Shown in pieces: positions 34,203-34,287 of a stretch of 34,287 nucleotides of DNA (within the stretch, counting starts at the first letter, position 1; each line of letters starts with the position of its first letter). The stretch covers positions 1 to 34,287 of IMG/VR virus record IMGVR_UViG_3300020045_013787. One strand, given 5' to 3'. A model generated the notes under the pieces. The model searched no databases, had not been told where the DNA came from, and saw nothing but the letters and a program-made list of their open reading frames with translations. The position numbers and the translations under genes are program-made. Source of the DNA: a virus (lineage: Duplodnaviria > Caudoviricetes).

Positions 34203-34287
34203 TAGAGAGTATGAAGCGAATGTTTGAGTGGGCAAACCAGGAGGGGTTGAGAGGGAATAGAGTAACTGGATTAAGATTTATAGAACC
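34203..34287. repeat. 85-bp perfect inverted repeat, right arm (runs to the window end)
   Basis: Exact reverse complement of 33647-33731. Confidence 0.95.

Larger units (their letters stand above)
1..34287. mobile_element. Tailed dsDNA phage (podovirus-type), partial genome
   Basis: Terminase, portal, scaffold, major capsid, tail adaptor/nozzle, ejection proteins and fibres lie in a co-oriented operon. No tape measure or sheath gene and no host housekeeping genes are seen. Confidence 0.95.

Noticed and set aside
1-34287. Alternative genetic code or stop-codon reassignment
   Set aside because: Core genes are full length under the standard code and end in TAA, TAG and TGA.

Overview
Most of a tailed dsDNA bacteriophage genome (short-tailed, podovirus-type; AT-rich), apparently incomplete at both ends. 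From left to right: a minus-strand lambda-O-like replication initiator with internal iterons and an unusually structured leader; a plus-strand PD-(D/E)XK nuclease + RecT-like recombination operon ending in a lipoprotein and a histone-H1-like microprotein; a long minus-strand virion operon (terminase large subunit, P22-like portal, scaffold, N4-gp56-family major capsid, tail adaptor and nozzle, three ejection proteins, and about 7.6 kb of paralogous tail-fibre genes); a metallophosphoesterase; a DRB0094-type RNA ligase; and a run of very small ORFs joined by a conserved 16-nt start/stop junction. No integrase, repressor, helicase, small terminase, endolysin, tRNA, CRISPR array or reverse transcriptase was recognised. 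Top leads: a cassette-like microgene array, two putative antisense RNAs over the replication operon leader, an Asp-to-Lys change at a catalytic position of the terminase nuclease, a recurring palindromic operator, and circumstantial hints of an environmental Chlamydiae host. All family calls come from motif recognition by eye, not database searches.
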